In this document: positions 23,860-38,369 of the stretch, piece after piece
How the letters are laid out: each line of letters starts with the position of its first letter
Position numbering within the stretch: the first letter of the stretch is position 1
From: Hemiscyllium ocellatum
Lineage: Eukaryota
DNA: 64,000 nucleotides
NCBI RefSeq assembly: GCF_020745735.1
Contig: NC_083427.1
Span: 1,891,438 to 1,955,437 of the forward strand
Reading direction: 5' to 3'
Made by a program: the position numbers and the translations under genes
Notes under the pieces: generated by a model
Database searches by the model: none
Told to the model about the DNA's origin: nothing
What the model saw: the letters and a program-made list of their open reading frames with translations, nothing else

Positions 23860-25850
23860 GTCAATTCATTTGTTGAATATAGGTGTCCCTGGATAATCAG
23901 TATTTTCCCATCCCTATTGTCCTTCAGAAGTCGTTGATGAGCTGTCGTCTTGAACCACTGCAGTTCGTTTGCACGAAGTTCACACACAATACATTAGGGA
24001 GGGAATTCCAGCACTTTGAACAAACGAGAGTGAAGGAACGGATATATATTTCCAAGTCTGGACAATGAATGGCTGGGAAGGAAATTTGAACGTAGTGGCG
24101 TTCCGATATCCTGAAATTTACAGATTGATTTTTTTTTTGCGTATGGAGAGTGATGTCTGAAGGTGTGTGGCGAATTCCCACAGTGCATCTTCTAAATAGT
24201 ATACACTCGTGCTCCTGCTTTATCGGCAGTAAAGTGAGTGGATGCTTCCAGATGCAGTGCAAATCAATCGGGCTGCTTTGTTTCCGTTGGTTTCATGTTT
24301 TTTGAGTGTTTTGGGGGCTGCACTCATCAAGGCAAGTGGAGGGTATTTCAAGATACTTATGACCTGCAGTTTGTAGATTCTGGGTGGACTTTGAGGAGTC
24401 AGGAAGTGAGCTACTTGCCGCAGTATTTTTAGCCTTTGACCTGTTCTTGTAGCATCTATGTTCCTGTGCTGACTCCAGTTGAGTTTTTAGTCAATGATAA
24501 CCCCTACGATGTTGATGATGGCAAAAACATTGGCAGCAAAAGCGTTGAATGTCAATGGATGGTGATTAGATTGCCTCTTATTGGTGCTGTTCATAGCGTG
24601 GCATTTATTTGATAAGAGTTTTATTTCCTAGGTAAAAACAATGACTGCAGGAGCTGGAAACCAGATTCTGGATTAGTGGTGCTGGAAAAGCACAGTACTT
24701 CAGGCAGTATTCGAGGAGCAGGAAAATCAACGCTTCAGGCAAAGGTCCTTCATCAGGAATGCAGGCAGAGTGCCTGAAGGCCACCCTCCTCTCATTTATC
24801 TCTCCACCCTTCACGCACTCTGCCTGTATTCCTGGTAAGGGCTTTTGACCAAATCGTCGATTTTCCTGCTTCCCGGATGCTGCCTGAAATGCTGTACTTT
24901 TCCAGTGCCACTAATACACGAATGTTATTTCCCAATTGTTAGCCCAGTATTTTTTTCAGGTCTTGTTGCATTTCAAGGTGAAATGCTTAAGTACGTGAGG
25001 AGTCACGGATGGAGCAAATCATTTTGCAACCATTCCGAATATTCACACTTCAGACCTTATGATGGAATGAAGGTCATTGATGAAGTAGCTGAAGATGGTT
25101 GGGCTAAGGACAGTAGCCTGATTAAATCCTGCAGAAATGCCTTCGACCTGAGATTAGTGAACTTCCACAGCCACGAGCATTCCCTGATATTCCAGGAATG
25201 CCTTCAACCAGTCGGAATTTCCCCGATAGCAGTTGATTCAATTTTTGCTCGGACTTATTGATGACAAACTTAGTGGGGTGTTGCATCGATGTCAATGGAT
25301 GTTACCTTGTCCTCACCTCTGTAATTCAGATCTTTTGTCCATGTTTCAATCAAAGCATGAATGAGATCCGGAGTTGGGTGGTCCCAGCGGGTAACAAACT
25401 GAGCATAACTGAACAGGTGTTTGCTGAGCATGTGCCATTGTAGCATTGTGTTGGCACCTTCCATTGCTACACTAATGATTGAGAGGAGACTGATGGGACT
25501 GATTTGTCCAGCTTAATGTGTACAGGACATACCTGGGCAATGTGCGATTATTGTTGGGTCGACACTAGTGTTGGACATGTGCTGGAACAGCTATGCTACG
25601 GATGGAGCAAGTTGTGGAGCACTAGTCTTCACTACGATTTCCTGAATGTTGTCAGGGCCCGTAGCATTTGCAGTATCTAGTGTCACCAATCGCTTCTTGA
25701 TATCACGTGGAGTGAATCGAATTGTCTGAAAATGGTATCTGCAATGCTGGGGAACATTGGAATAGGCAAATATGGATCGTCCACACAGTACTCCTAGCTA
25801 AAGATGTTGCAAACGCCTAAGCCTCATCTTTTGCTCTAATGTGCAAAGCG
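23860..25850 (-). mobile_element. L2/CR1-clade LINE, RT through 3' end, interrupted by a foldback element (copy 1)
   Basis: Minus-strand HMLSKHLFSYAQF...DHPTPDLIHALIETWTKDLNYRGEDKVTSIDID (25270-25464) corresponds to the RT motif N.L...QFGFR.GHS..DL...LD. Confidence 0.75.
24672..24915. mobile_element. Penelope-derived foldback element with two opposed hammerhead cores (copy 1)
   Basis: ~100-bp inverted arms, 24672-24773 and 24815-24915 (about 80% complementary by eye), with a ~41-nt spacer. Each arm contains a more or less decayed cctgatgaagggc..gcccgaaacgtcga motif. Confidence 0.75.
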
Positions 25851-27149
25851 TTTCTACCAAAATAATTATTCGCTCATCAAAGGAAATGAGCACTTACATG
25901 TTGTAAACAATGTCAACACCAGATTCACAAATGAATGACATTGAATGCCCACCATATTTAACAGGAAAATAGGTTTAATCACTTAACTTAATGGGACTCA
26001 ATGAAACATCCCTTATCATTTCCATTGAACTTAAAGGACAGTTAAATGATGAAACCGTGACGTGGGCTGGCATTGATTTTGTCAAATTGCACCGAGAGGT
26101 ATTCTGCTCTGAAATAATTTTCCTCTATTCCATAGGCAGAGAATTCTAACCAACAATTTCTCGGAGATTTTTTATCATAGTCGTGAAAAAACGTCAGCTC
26201 AACGTGTATGAAGATGCTGCATGAAATTTATCTGTTCATTAATGCATGAAATTCTGCCTCAATTAGCCAAAAGTTTGAAATTGGAATCAGTGTTCAACCA
26301 CGATAAGACTACAACTGAACGAGGGGCAATCTTCCATCCACTCGATGCAGAATTGTGCATAAAGAATGAGATACAGCATGGGTTATGACCTTAGGTGCTT
26401 CTCAAGGTTGCGTGAATATGTGGCGGTCTCCTGTATTTATATGTGGCAACGATGAGAGCGGGGAATCCGATTATCATTGTGCAATGTTGACTGAGAAAGC
26501 AGCGTCATTGTGCTGTTACCGCGCATAAAAACGAAGGTCGGCATTGAGTTTAATTTAGTTTTGAAACAGGATTGTGACGGCAGACCGTTTGAGTTAATTT
26601 AACCAAGATACTGGACCAAGTACTGACGAATGAGCAATGTAGTTCACAGTCATTTTTACAGCCAATGGAGAGTGAGGGAATTGTAAAACTACTTCGGGAT
26701 TGTTGCAATGTATGACGTGTGATTAGGCAGTACAGTTATTTGCAGAGGCTTTACGGCTAAAGTAGAGGAAGTTGAGCTCTGGTGTTATTGTTCAGGACGG
26801 AAGAAGAGCAGGGAAATGCCACAGGCTTAATTATCATCATATCGTTCATTTTCACCAACCTTGCACCAGAAGGTGAGAACGAGCAATGTTTGCTTGTAAT
26901 TCTACAAAGTTACGCCCTACCTGGGACTGCTCACATAATGAAAAGTCCATAGACAAACAGAGAAAGCCCTTGACAGCATTGGGGCTTGGAACGGAAGTGC
27001 CAAACAGAACAGGAAATAAGCACTGACTCGTCATCATCAGGAAAAAAAGCTCACCATTGCCTCTTCAATGTTATTAACAGTTCTCACATCCGTGGTATCC
27101 ATACCTTAGTGTTCAGTATTTAGCCAAAACTGACTGCATCAATCATATT

Positions 27150-27700
27150 AATACCATTACTGCCCGAACACACCCGAAATTTTCAATTTAGCATTGCATA
27201 ATTGAACTCCTGACTCCACAATGTTTTCACTATAACGACACACCAGTATTCCCATATGTGATGAAAGCTTTTCCATTGGCTCAGATGAGTGCAGCTTCAT
27301 CAACATAACAGAAGCTGACAGCAGCCAAACAAAGCATGCCCATTTGATTGACACCTCATTAACCACCTTCAACGAGCACGACAGTCACACAAAATTCCAA
27401 AAGTGTGTAATATGCACAACTTTCACCTCCAAAGATCTTTGATGACATTAATTTCCGAACTGCGATACTGAAGCAGCGACAATCGCAAGGGACGCCGATG
27501 CATATTCACTTTGCCAACGGCAAATTCTCTTCTAAGCCATACACAAGACTGACACAGAACTCGACCAACATTCCTTTCATAGTTGATATTTGCAAATCCT
27601 GCTCTCGCTTCCAAATGCCTGTTGGTATCTTCACAGGTAACGATGAAAGTTAACAAAGTACCTACCCGCCACCCCCAAATGTTAAGTTAGGAATGATAAT
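27150..27700 (+). mobile_element. L2/CR1-clade LINE 3' fragment (copy 1)
   Basis: ggctcagatgagtgcagcttcatcaacataacagaagctgacagc...aaagcatgcccatttgattgacacc matches, in the opposite orientation, the family seen at 23860-24600. Confidence 0.6.
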
Positions 27701-30700
27701 ACTTCAATTTATGATGTCCTGGTCAGCGATACCCCCGTCTGATGATGATTAGAAAGTGTGATGATGAAAGATTTATGCAGGGTTATGGAGGAAAGGGGAA
27801 GCTTTCCATCATTTTCAGATTAATACAAGGCCAACAAATGTGCAGAATTTATTTTTGAAAATAAAATGGTGCATGGCTAAAAACTGAGATTCTGGAAATA
27901 ATGTGAATTATAATCTGATGAAGGAGAATGACAGTTCATTTGATTTATGTTTAAATACATCTGCGCAGAGAGAGCAATGAAGAGTGATTAGTTGCAAGCT
28001 GTTAATGGGGGGACAGAGTCCAAATAAAATGTATAGAGATTATTTCTATAGCAAACTATCACATTATTGATAAGTTTGGTCCTCTTTTTTTGGTACATGG
28101 CGACCATAATGCATCATGTCTCAGTCACTTTCATATTTTTCTAGGAGTCATGTGTAACCATGGACTCTGTTCACCACAATCATCAGTGGCAGGCAGCGTT
28201 CCTACACAGGCTCGCTGGCTTGCTGGAAACTGTCAGTGTTAAAAGGGAAGTCATTCATCATTGTCTTCAATTCTTGACATTTAACGGAGAAAATGAACGC
28301 CACACATTTGGGTCGATCTAAGCTTAACAACAGATTGTTGTAACGTTTGTGTGGAATATTCATTCCTATCAAGTCGACCATCTGCGATATGTTTAAATGT
28401 GGTGTCTTAAAGTTTGACTTTTCCTTCAGTAATTCATTCTGTCTTCTTTACTTAGCCTTGTTCGAGGTCTAAACTGGGGGAATTTGAGTTACATTGCTGC
28501 GTCAGAAACCACTTTTGGCACCTTGATATCCCTGCTTTGCAATATGTTATTCATTATCACCTAAACTTTTATTTATAAAGAATGGAATATATCAACTAAA
28601 CTGCTCGACATGTTTGGACACGTCATTAGGGAAGAGACGTGACCCTACAATGTCAGTACCATGTCTCAGACAATATTACAGTGACGAAGCATTTACTGAG
28701 CGGTGTGTCATTGGAGTCTTCTCAAATAATTCGAATCAGTTTCCAGCCAGTGCATCGAAATGACTTGATCTTTTCTTTCTTATAAATAACAATGGCTGGT
28801 TCTCATTAACATGCGATTATTTAATTTCGAATCTTCAAATGAGCATAACATTAGTAATGCCTAGAATACTTTTATGCTTCTATGATTAGCGAAAACAGAA
28901 CACACTTGAACACATGGAGACACCTGCCTGGAGCGAGAACTCCAAACAGATATATCATTTCCCATCATCTGTCTCTCTTTCATTGACTGTCCAACATCCC
29001 AGAGGAAGATCATTCAGTGTTTAAATATATTTTGATCGTTTCCAAACTCAGTTTCAAATGAATTTGATCATTGCACAAGACCACGTAGAAGGATTCAGTT
29101 TAACATGACAGAACAAAATATTTGAAGAGCAAGTCGATTTCCATCTGAAGCCTATACTGCAATTGAAATTGATACTGGTCTTTCAACACGTTATCCGATG
29201 TAATCGACTGATCTGAATACGCTTTGACTTGATATCACTCAAATCGACACAATTTGTCTTGAAGTCACCATTTACTATTAGCAGTGTTGAGCGGAGAGGC
29301 AATTGGAAATGGATAACATCCTTTGACCACAATATGCTTACTGATTCAATTGCTCACTTTGTTAACTTTCAATTTACACTTATGTTTGCTTGTGAAAGGA
29401 AAAGAACATATGAAATATCATATAAACGTTTACTTGTGACATTTTCAGCGTTCCCCCATGTCACTTCTTCAGGGTGTATATACATTGGAATACAAAATCA
29501 AGTTATGCAAGTTGTGAGCATCACAGATTCAACTGTGAAGACGTGCCACAGTCTGATGAATCCGTCTGTAGTACGTCAAACAAGATTTGGACAAAACACC
29601 CAGTACCTGAAATTGGTTGTCTGAAAATTCCAAACATTCATTTGACATTATTAGTATTTTGATTCCATTTCCATCTACCTTTACAGCCTTCTTTGCTCAA
29701 CATTCAGATTCACAACTTCAGACGATGAACATTGTCATTAATTTCGAAGTTTATTGTTCCTCTGAGTGTTCTTAATTCTTTCAGATTGATTGACGTTATG
29801 TGAACCTTTTATTGCCCATTTTAATTCACTGTGGAACCATGTTATGTCTCGTTTGTGCAATAACTCCAACAAGTCTATTTTTTGTCTCATTGTGATATAT
29901 GATCTTCTGTCACCCTATTCTCTAAACCTTTCCTCGAGCTTCCTCTCTGTTAATGTCGTTTTCATTGTTCGGCACTTTGGTGGTCCGTTTTCATTTGCTA
30001 GACCTATTCTATGTCGATCACACTTAGCAAGAGGACAATTGTACACAACACAAATGCAGCTATGATCACTATGGCAAAGATTTGTGCTATAACAACATGC
30101 CTGCGCATGGTCACTCTTATCAACACTGTCATCGCAAGGTGCAATAGCAGCAGACATATTAATGAAGATGAGGTTAAGTATCTTTTTCCACTTATCGGTC
30201 ACCTCACCACCTGTTCTATATGGTACTACACTCCAGTTTTTCTTTCAATTCGTGCTGAACATGGTAGAGTACTGTTTGTTTGGACTGACGGGATTACCCT
30301 ACATATTGTTGGCCTGATGTCATGAGAATTCATGAACTGCAGGGTCAATGTCGCTCCTGACTACTTTTCCACTGCGTCACCCACTCTGCTGTCTATGCCA
30401 TATAAACGGGACATAAATAGCTTCGATGCTGTGATTGTGGTGTTTGGGGAATTGGTTCTGTGCATATGTCAACGTTAGGCTCATTTCTCACTCATCTGTG
30501 TTAAAGTTTCTTCAATCTAGCTCTAATCGTCAGATACTCGGCCATGCATGTTCGACGGAGATGGGTTTGCTGTTGCCGTTTCCTCTGTCTTATTTGGTGA
30601 CACTTGCCTGTCTGGTTTCAGCTGAGAACTTTCGAGGATTTGGTGCAACTGAACATTTTGTGCGGCCATTTCAAAATGCAGTTAAATGTCGATCACATTT

Positions 30701-32984
30701 CTCAGGGCAATCAGAGAGGAACATAAACGCTGTATTTTCCAATATATACGCTATAATACTAAAATATAGTATTTGTGTTCCCTATTTGATTGTCCTGAGA
30801 CTTTGCGAGCACATTCTTTGGTGTAATAATGGAAAAAATATTGTCTTCCCTCCTAATGTTCCTTATTTCTGCTTCAAATTTACAGATCGCCAAAGTAAGT
30901 GGGAGAGAAAGACAGCTTACAATAATTAAAGTTTGGTATTATTCCAAAGCAAAATATTCCAAAGATTATCGATATTTTTATTTAAATTAGTCAAAAGGCC
31001 AGAAAGAAATTCATTTAAATAACAAAGTTTTCTTAAAGTCAAACAATTTGTGCTGGAAAAAAGCGTTTTCTTTTCACCGAAATGGAGGATCCACTCAACA
31101 CAAATGTAAATGACACCTGGATTCAAATTATTTTGTTCAATGCTGTTACACAATGTTTCACAAAGATCCAGACTATTCAAGCTTTCCATAAATGTTCAGG
31201 ACTGATGCATACCATTGAAATAGGATGTTGTTCTTCGTGATAAAACGCTGCTATAAAATTCCATGGAAGACAATGAATATTGCGCCATGATAGATTTACG
31301 TTAGTCAAGAACAGGTAAACTGAAATCATTTCACATTTCGTGACGAGGTTTAATAATATTGATTTATTCTTTGGTTATTAAATGTGATCACAGACAGTCG
31401 TTTCCTACTTCCATTGGCCTCTCATTCTGAGTTTGTTACTGTAGGTGAACGACATATCGTTTTGCAAAATCATGAAACGTTTACTTCCGATTTGTGTTCA
31501 ATACGAGTGTAGGAACGTGTGGCAGTGACACCCATCGTCCAGTGACACCACTTGATACAGCAACTACAACCTGTATCAAGGTACAGTATCAAAAAAGCGA
31601 TTTAAACTGCTTGCTTAACTGCTTCTCTTAACTTGCATGTTCAATTCTCCATCTTTCACTGCACTGTTAAGCAGAATTCCACATAAATGCAACAAACCAA
31701 TGAACTGGCGAAATTGCAAAACATAAATCGAAATAAATTGAGAATAAATGACTAACTGCTCTTATGATTAGGTTGGACACTACATGGGCGCTATGGTTTC
31801 TTGTCCCGGCCATTATTAGTTATCAACATTTGCACGAAATGAAACACGAAAAACGTTCCTACCACATCCTTGAACTCATCAATCCGAATCTCAGAACGTC
31901 AGTCTTGCCAGAAATCTTGAATTTCTTTGCGACACAGTGTTCAGGCGTCCCTATGGAACAAAAAACAATATAGAAGTAAGCTACAAAGTACATCGCAGAA
32001 CAGTCCAAAACAAACATTAAAGCCGGAAATACACATTCATTTGCTCTTTAGTTCGCATCACTATAGATTTCCACTTCATAGTATTGTGTGGACGGAAGAA
32101 ATGATCGATGCAAATGGTTGCTGCCAAATTCATTAGTGATTCAAATCAGGAAATCTTCAATTTAGCCTTTGCTCTAAAAGATATACAGTGACAAAAAAGC
32201 TAACTTTGTGCATTTCCCCTTTACATTATAATGGACATAACATGCACTTTGATTCTGTCAGTCGCAAGAGCGTTTCGAATTCCTAAACCTAGAAATGGTC
32301 TCAAGATTATCATGGCTACCCGGGAGTGAAACTGTCAAACCTGGATTAATGTTTCAAAGCTTGGATAAGCATTATTTGGGGTATTTCTTTTCCTGGTAGG
32401 TATCGGTAGCTTGAACATAATTGAAAAAATAATTCTAAGGCCCTTGGAAGAATATTTTTAGATGAGCTATTGACTTTCCGAGAAACACTAGGGAACAGAC
32501 AACTTACATTGCCACTTGCAAAATATCTTGTATTATAGTTAAAATATGAATTGTATCCTTTATGTCAATACAATGTAATCTTTGAAAACTGATATCCACC
32601 AAAGTAACAACGTGAATTGATTTATACCAGAGAGTCAGAAGTGACATTGTTTTAAATTGGGCAGCTTCCAGGACAGACAAAAAGTTCCTGTGCCACCTTA
32701 GCCATTAATGAAATGCATGTTTTGCTTTGTACGTTTAAGTTTTTCTCGATCTTCCTTACAATATAGTTTCATGAGGCTTGCAGATAAGGCTCTATTTGGA
32801 GTGATTTATTTAAATGAACAGTCGCAAACAATTAAAATGTCTGTCGTCTTGCTAAGTCGATGCAATTCATTTGCATCTCATGCTAGGTTTTTATTACTCT
32901 TCACTTAGAACGTTTCTCATCTTGTATCTTAAAAGCAAAATTCTTTGTCTATCAACGCATTGTTAAATTTCGTCAACATAATAC

Positions 32985-33480
32985 GCTGGATTATAATGGA
33001 TAAGGGTATAGAAAGTATGCTACCCGATTTGGAGACTTTGAGCTATAGGGCGATGTTGCATAGGCTGGGGTGTTTTTCCCTGGAGGGTTGGAGGCTGAGG
33101 TGTATAAGATCATTAAAGAGGTTTATAAAATCACGTTTGACACCGTCAGCAAAATACACAAGGGCTTTTCCCGATTGTGGTGCATCCAGAGCAAGGACAG
33201 AGAATCAGCGCGTGTGGGGGGCAAATATTAAAATGGGACATAATGGGTAACATTTTAACTCAGTTTGTAATTCCTGTATGGAAGTAACTGCCCGTGGAAG
33301 TGGGGGAGGCTGAAGAAATTACACTATTAAAAGGTATCTGGGTGGATACATGAACATAACATGCTTAGAGGGGCATGTGCCAAGTGCTGGCAAATAGGAC
33401 TAGATTAGGTTCAGTATCTGGTTGGCATGGACGAGTTGAAATGAAAGGTCTGTTTCGATGCTGTATGTTATTTTAACTCT
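32985..33480 (+). mobile_element. CR1 LINE 3' end (in duplication copy 2)
   Basis: Paralogue of 18630-19130 (MLPDLETLSYRAMLHRLGCFSLEGWRLR). Confidence 0.8.
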
Positions 33481-36134
33481 ATGAAACCAAATATGATGGA
33501 AGTTTTATTTCTTTTATCACTGAAGTGTTGTTTACTAATCCAACGAATACATTTAGAACATTTGTATAGCTTTGTATTTCTGTCAACGATTAATCATGTA
33601 AAATTCGAACTGAATTATCATACCCATGACGCCACACACAAATAAATACATATAGGTGTTAAATGCAATCAATGAAATGGAATCCCGTCATCTAGGGAAG
33701 TTTGAAGAGCTGTCAATTGATTTTATATTTGACTTCGCTCTTGGGGTGTGTATGAGACATTGTTATGGTCAAAAAGTAAGCAGAGTTAGTTGCCTTTGAG
33801 AATCTGAAAATGAATTCATTATTTGAACTTTTGAAATGTATGTCTTGTTGCTGCACATGCAACTGTTTCTGGAAGGAATTTTCAATTTATTTATTCACTG
33901 ACAATTGAGGTCTGGTGGATAGTACCCCATGACAGTGACTTGTATGCGATCTCCCCTTTGTTCGTGTTCCCTTGCGTATTATTTCCTTTTAGTTCCAGAC
34001 TACACAGTTCATTGGTTTGGAATGAAGGGGCTTAATGATTTAAATCATCTTAAAATGGGACGCCACAGAAAAGCACTGAGTGAGTGTCGCAAAATTTCAT
34101 GCACAGTAAAATCTAATCTTTAGTTCCAAGTAATGCATTGCAAACTGAATATCTAACATTTGAGTGAATTCTGCAAAAGAATTGCAAGGGTTCGAAAGGA
34201 ACACTTGAGTGTATGAATCATTCTATCAACAACTTGGGATTATCATTTTCCACAGATTTATCTGGCGTTGTCATTTTAACCGAAAGCCAAAAACTACGGA
34301 TTCTGCAAATCTGGAAGTCGGAGAATCTCAGAAGAGTCGCTGTGTAGAAAAAGTTAACTTGTTGTTGAGAAGACAGAGGTTCATATTCAGTAATCAGCTT
34401 TAGTTTAAAGAAAAGAGCTCAGAGAAGAAAACTTCTGTGATGGGTAATTGATTCCCCTTCCTGCCCAAAGGTCAACGAATGCGATACAGTGATGGTTCTA
34501 CAGGTTTTGCTATTGTCCCAATATGAAATTAAGAAAATTGCTTTTGAAATAAGTCTCAAAAAAATTGAAAACGCTCGTGCAATAATGTCATGTGAAATCT
34601 TTGAGAGGTACGTTCTTGAAATGATCAGAAGAATTACGTATGCAAATATTACTTGGCATTATTTACTTCACATTTTTCCTCGATGCTTGAACCTAATGTC
34701 AATTTTGAGCATAGTGTCATTTGATAAATAATACTTTTACTTTTTTGTTACTCATCAAGAAGTATTGTTAATGCAGCGTTATTTTTAATGTAAGAACTGA
34801 CATCAGCAAACAAAATGAAACATCAGTGTGTTATGTCCGCTAATTTCAGTGCTGTTTATTTTTGAAATCTACAGAACAGGAATCTGATTGAAACTAGTCC
34901 TATGTGACAGCAGTTACTTCGTTAGCTCCTCTAATAGAAAACGAAATTTACTTCTTCCAAAATCTGGAACCGTTTCAGAGAAAACGTCATTAAGTAGTAT
35001 AGGTATGTAAGCACATTGCTGTTAAAAATTAACATGTGCTCACGTGACCTAAAAAGGGAATCATAAGAACACTGAGCAGTTTGTCTAGCTCAAAATCAAT
35101 CGAGTTAATTTGAATAAACAATAATGCAAAGTTACAATAAAGTATTCTGAAATTAATTCAAAGAAACCAATAAACAAGAGGTTAAATGCAATGATCATAT
35201 TATGGATGTGAGAAGCAGATTGTTTCAATGACGTGCTTTCTACTATTCAGATGAACTTGGAAAACGACCAAGAAATCCTCCGAAGTATAATACTTTTTCT
35301 AGTTTCGAGGGCTTAATGCATGGTTTCGATTAAAAATAAATCAGGTGTTCTGCTTTAAGTCTTTAGCTCAGAATGTTCAAAATATTTCTGTCAGGATTCG
35401 TTAAAGCAAAATAACTCGTAATGTAGCAGCACGTCTGATATGTTGAGGCGCCATCAGAGTGCAGTTCGTATTCTGTGGTTAATTTATGCGTTCATATTTG
35501 ATCTGAGGTACAGCATCTTGTGCCACCTAGTGATTAATGAGCGTATGTCAAGCAATATGGAAGCCAAGGAAATTACAATAGCTGGTCAAATTCTATGATC
35601 CGTTCCTTCATGAATTCAGATCATGTTTAAGTTGAATCTTGCATAAATCAGCCAATTTGGCAGGATATGGTATAATGCTACCTTGCAAATATCTCGCCAA
35701 CTTAGTTGTTATCATTTCAGTAATCTATTCAATTTTGAGAGAGATATCGCCAGATTTTGAATAGTGTTCATTGCGAAAAAACCTCGACTCGAGAATGCCC
35801 GAGGCATAATTCAAAATCATGACATCAAGATGGCATGGTTACACAAAAATCTATTCTCAAGTTGTTGACATTGGGATACGTTGGGTGAAATAGCTCTTCC
35901 CCATTCTATAATTTACAGAAGACATGCGTTGTCTCAGGAAGCTGACTGTCAAAATTTAAGTCTAATTACAAGAATTATTTTCTTTAAATTTTTGGATTGC
36001 ACTTCCAATGACAATGGAAGGGCAGTGACCAGAAATAATGCAACGTTGGCGAAATTCTCCACAGCAAAATATCACTTGCTCTGCATCTCAGTCCATTTTA
36101 CTCATTGTTCTTCTTTCCTGCCATTCATCATACA

Positions 36135-36397
36135 GTCCCGACCGTGTGGAAGCTGAGCATTCGGCCAATGGAGCCCACAACCGACTGTCTGAAAGTAACC
36201 CGGCCGACCCACACCCTGATATCCACGCAAGCCTGCATTTCTCATGGCTAATCCATATGTAATTTATTTGACTATGCGAGTTACCAAAGATTAAAAGTGA
36301 AGACGGGAGAATGCACAAACTCCACACAGACAATCCCCCAAGGTTTAAATCAAATGCTTGTCTTCAGTGCTCTTCAGCAGGAGTGCCATCCTTTGAG
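36135..36397 (-). mobile_element. HE1-type SINE (copy 2)
   Basis: Paralogue of 21640-21905. Confidence 0.65.
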
Positions 36398-37959
36398 CTG
36401 CCATTGAAGTGACACTTTATAACCGAGAAACAAAATGGCCTTTGTACCTTTGCACCTCGACTAAATCTGTGTTTTTTTTTAAATCTATGATCTCAATCTG
36501 TCTCTCTTTCTTTATCTCGCTGAATGCTGCACAACACGTTGTGCCTCGGAACTGGTTCACACGTTTCTTAATTACAGCAACAATAGGTCAGGACAATGTT
36601 CATTATCTCAGGACCAGACAGGTGAGATAATCACAGTCTTTTCAGAGAAAATGACCCATTCTGCTTGCAAATCTCACTATTTCCAATCACAAAGTCATCA
36701 AAAGTATCTGCCTCAGTCAGTAAGTCCGAATTATTCCTCATTTCGTAGGTTAAGGTCAACTCACCAAATTGTGACCCGATCGCTCTCCAACAATCTACTC
36801 AGTTCTACCTTTCTTTGCAATTCGTCTTCTTCATCATGCTTCAGATTCATAACCACAGAAAACGTTTGATCAAAAGGCTCGAGACAAGTGAATTCAGCTC
36901 AACATGACGATTATGCAATTCCTTCCGACTCGCTGACAGAGCACAATTTACATATATACGTGCACAAAACAGTTGACATTCCATGGTACTGCCTTGCTCA
37001 CATAACCTCAGACAAGTGTAAAAATTTTTCAGTGATGAAACATGTAGAAAACGTTAAAGGATTTAGCAATCTGATTTTTTTTTTCTCGAACATAGAAATA
37101 TTTCTCACATCTCCGCCGTGTAAGCTACCCCCAGCCAGTACAAAATCGTCAAATAACTAATGACTGCAAGCGAATTTTTTTGTACTTCCATCCGTTTCCT
37201 GACCAGTTCTCTTTGTTAAACAGCCAAGTAACGAGTGAGATGCATATGCAGAAAGTGCGCTTGCCTTCATTGTTTCTGTAACTTTGTATAAAAACCAACA
37301 GATCATGCCTCAAGGCAGCCAGCCCAGCTCCTTTTGAATACATTAGATTTTTTCGCTCTCTGACGTTGAGGAACAATTTCTACGTCTCAAATGAAATAAG
37401 AAGGTTGATTTTTGTCTGTAAGTGCTGGCCCTAATCAGAAATTGTGCGCTACAGATAGAATGTGATTAAAAAATCGAAATACTCCACAAATGCATGTAAT
37501 TCTGGATGCTGTTTTGAACATGTGCGCATTTTACATAACGGTGCGATATATTAACTAATACAGAAATAAACTGAGACAATAAGGACATCCGGGAGCAAAT
37601 TGAAGACAGAAAATGCAAGATCTGGCAAAAGAAATATCTGACATTCAATTCGATCTTCCTTTGGAATAGTTGCATGTTGGCATTTGAAATTAATTATTCA
37701 AAATCCCTGCCTCCAAGATGGTCTACAAAGAAGAATCACTGAAAGACTTTGCATTTATTTTCCTTTCTATAAACTATCTGTGCAACACTTTGATTACTGG
37801 GAAGACAGGGCTAATGTATGAAGGAAGATGGGAATGATTCGGTTTATATCCACGGTTTAGAAAAATGAAGCCAATCATTGAATATTTCAAGGTACGAGTT
37901 CAATATTATTCTGACGGACAAAGAGGGAAGAGGATATGGACAAAAACTGGAACAGGCAG

Positions 37960-38300
37960 ATTGCTTTTAAAATTGTGACAGTGTGGAATCAGGCCATTCA
38001 GTTCAGCAAATCGATATCGACTTTCCGACCAGAACTCCACCCATACCTTTCCTTGTGAGACTCCATGTCCCAGGATTAATGCACATCACCTACGCACCTT
38101 TGAACTTTATGAGCAATTTAGCCAGAGCAATCCAGTTAAACTGTACCTCTTTCTACTGTGGGAGAAAATTGGAGCACGCGGTGGAAATCCACACAGACAT
38201 GAGGAGAAGGTGTAATCTCAACACCGACAGAACCCGAATGCAGAATTGAAACCAGGTCCCTGGGTTTGTGAGGCAGGAGATGGATGACGACCAAAGGTGA
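37960..38300 (-). mobile_element. HE1-type SINE (copy 2)
   Basis: Paralogue of 23440-23795. Confidence 0.65.
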
Positions 38301-38369
38301 TATTAAATAGTGGATAAGATTAGGAAGACCCAATAACCAACCATTTTGCTCATATTTTCTATTTTTATC

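Larger units (their letters stand above)
15670..29979 (+). repeat. Tandem segmental duplication, copy 1 (~14.3 kb)
   Basis: Collinear with 30031-44509 from gaggacaatt...tgatcactatgg to ...gtcgttttcattgttcggcacttt. It has the same nested TEs in the same order. Two hand-aligned 120-bp samples gave 17 and 10 differences. Confidence 0.95.

Noticed and set aside
31556-31586. TACAGC...ATCAAG|GTACAG resembling the end of an Ig TM1 exon
   Set aside because: Out of frame with YS, with no upstream hydrophobic segment or acceptor.
31933-31966. RSS-like CACAGTG ... ACAAAAAAC
   Set aside because: The spacer is 18 bp, not 12 or 22/23. No adjacent V/D/J segment, and the copy-1 heptamer and nonamer are degenerate.
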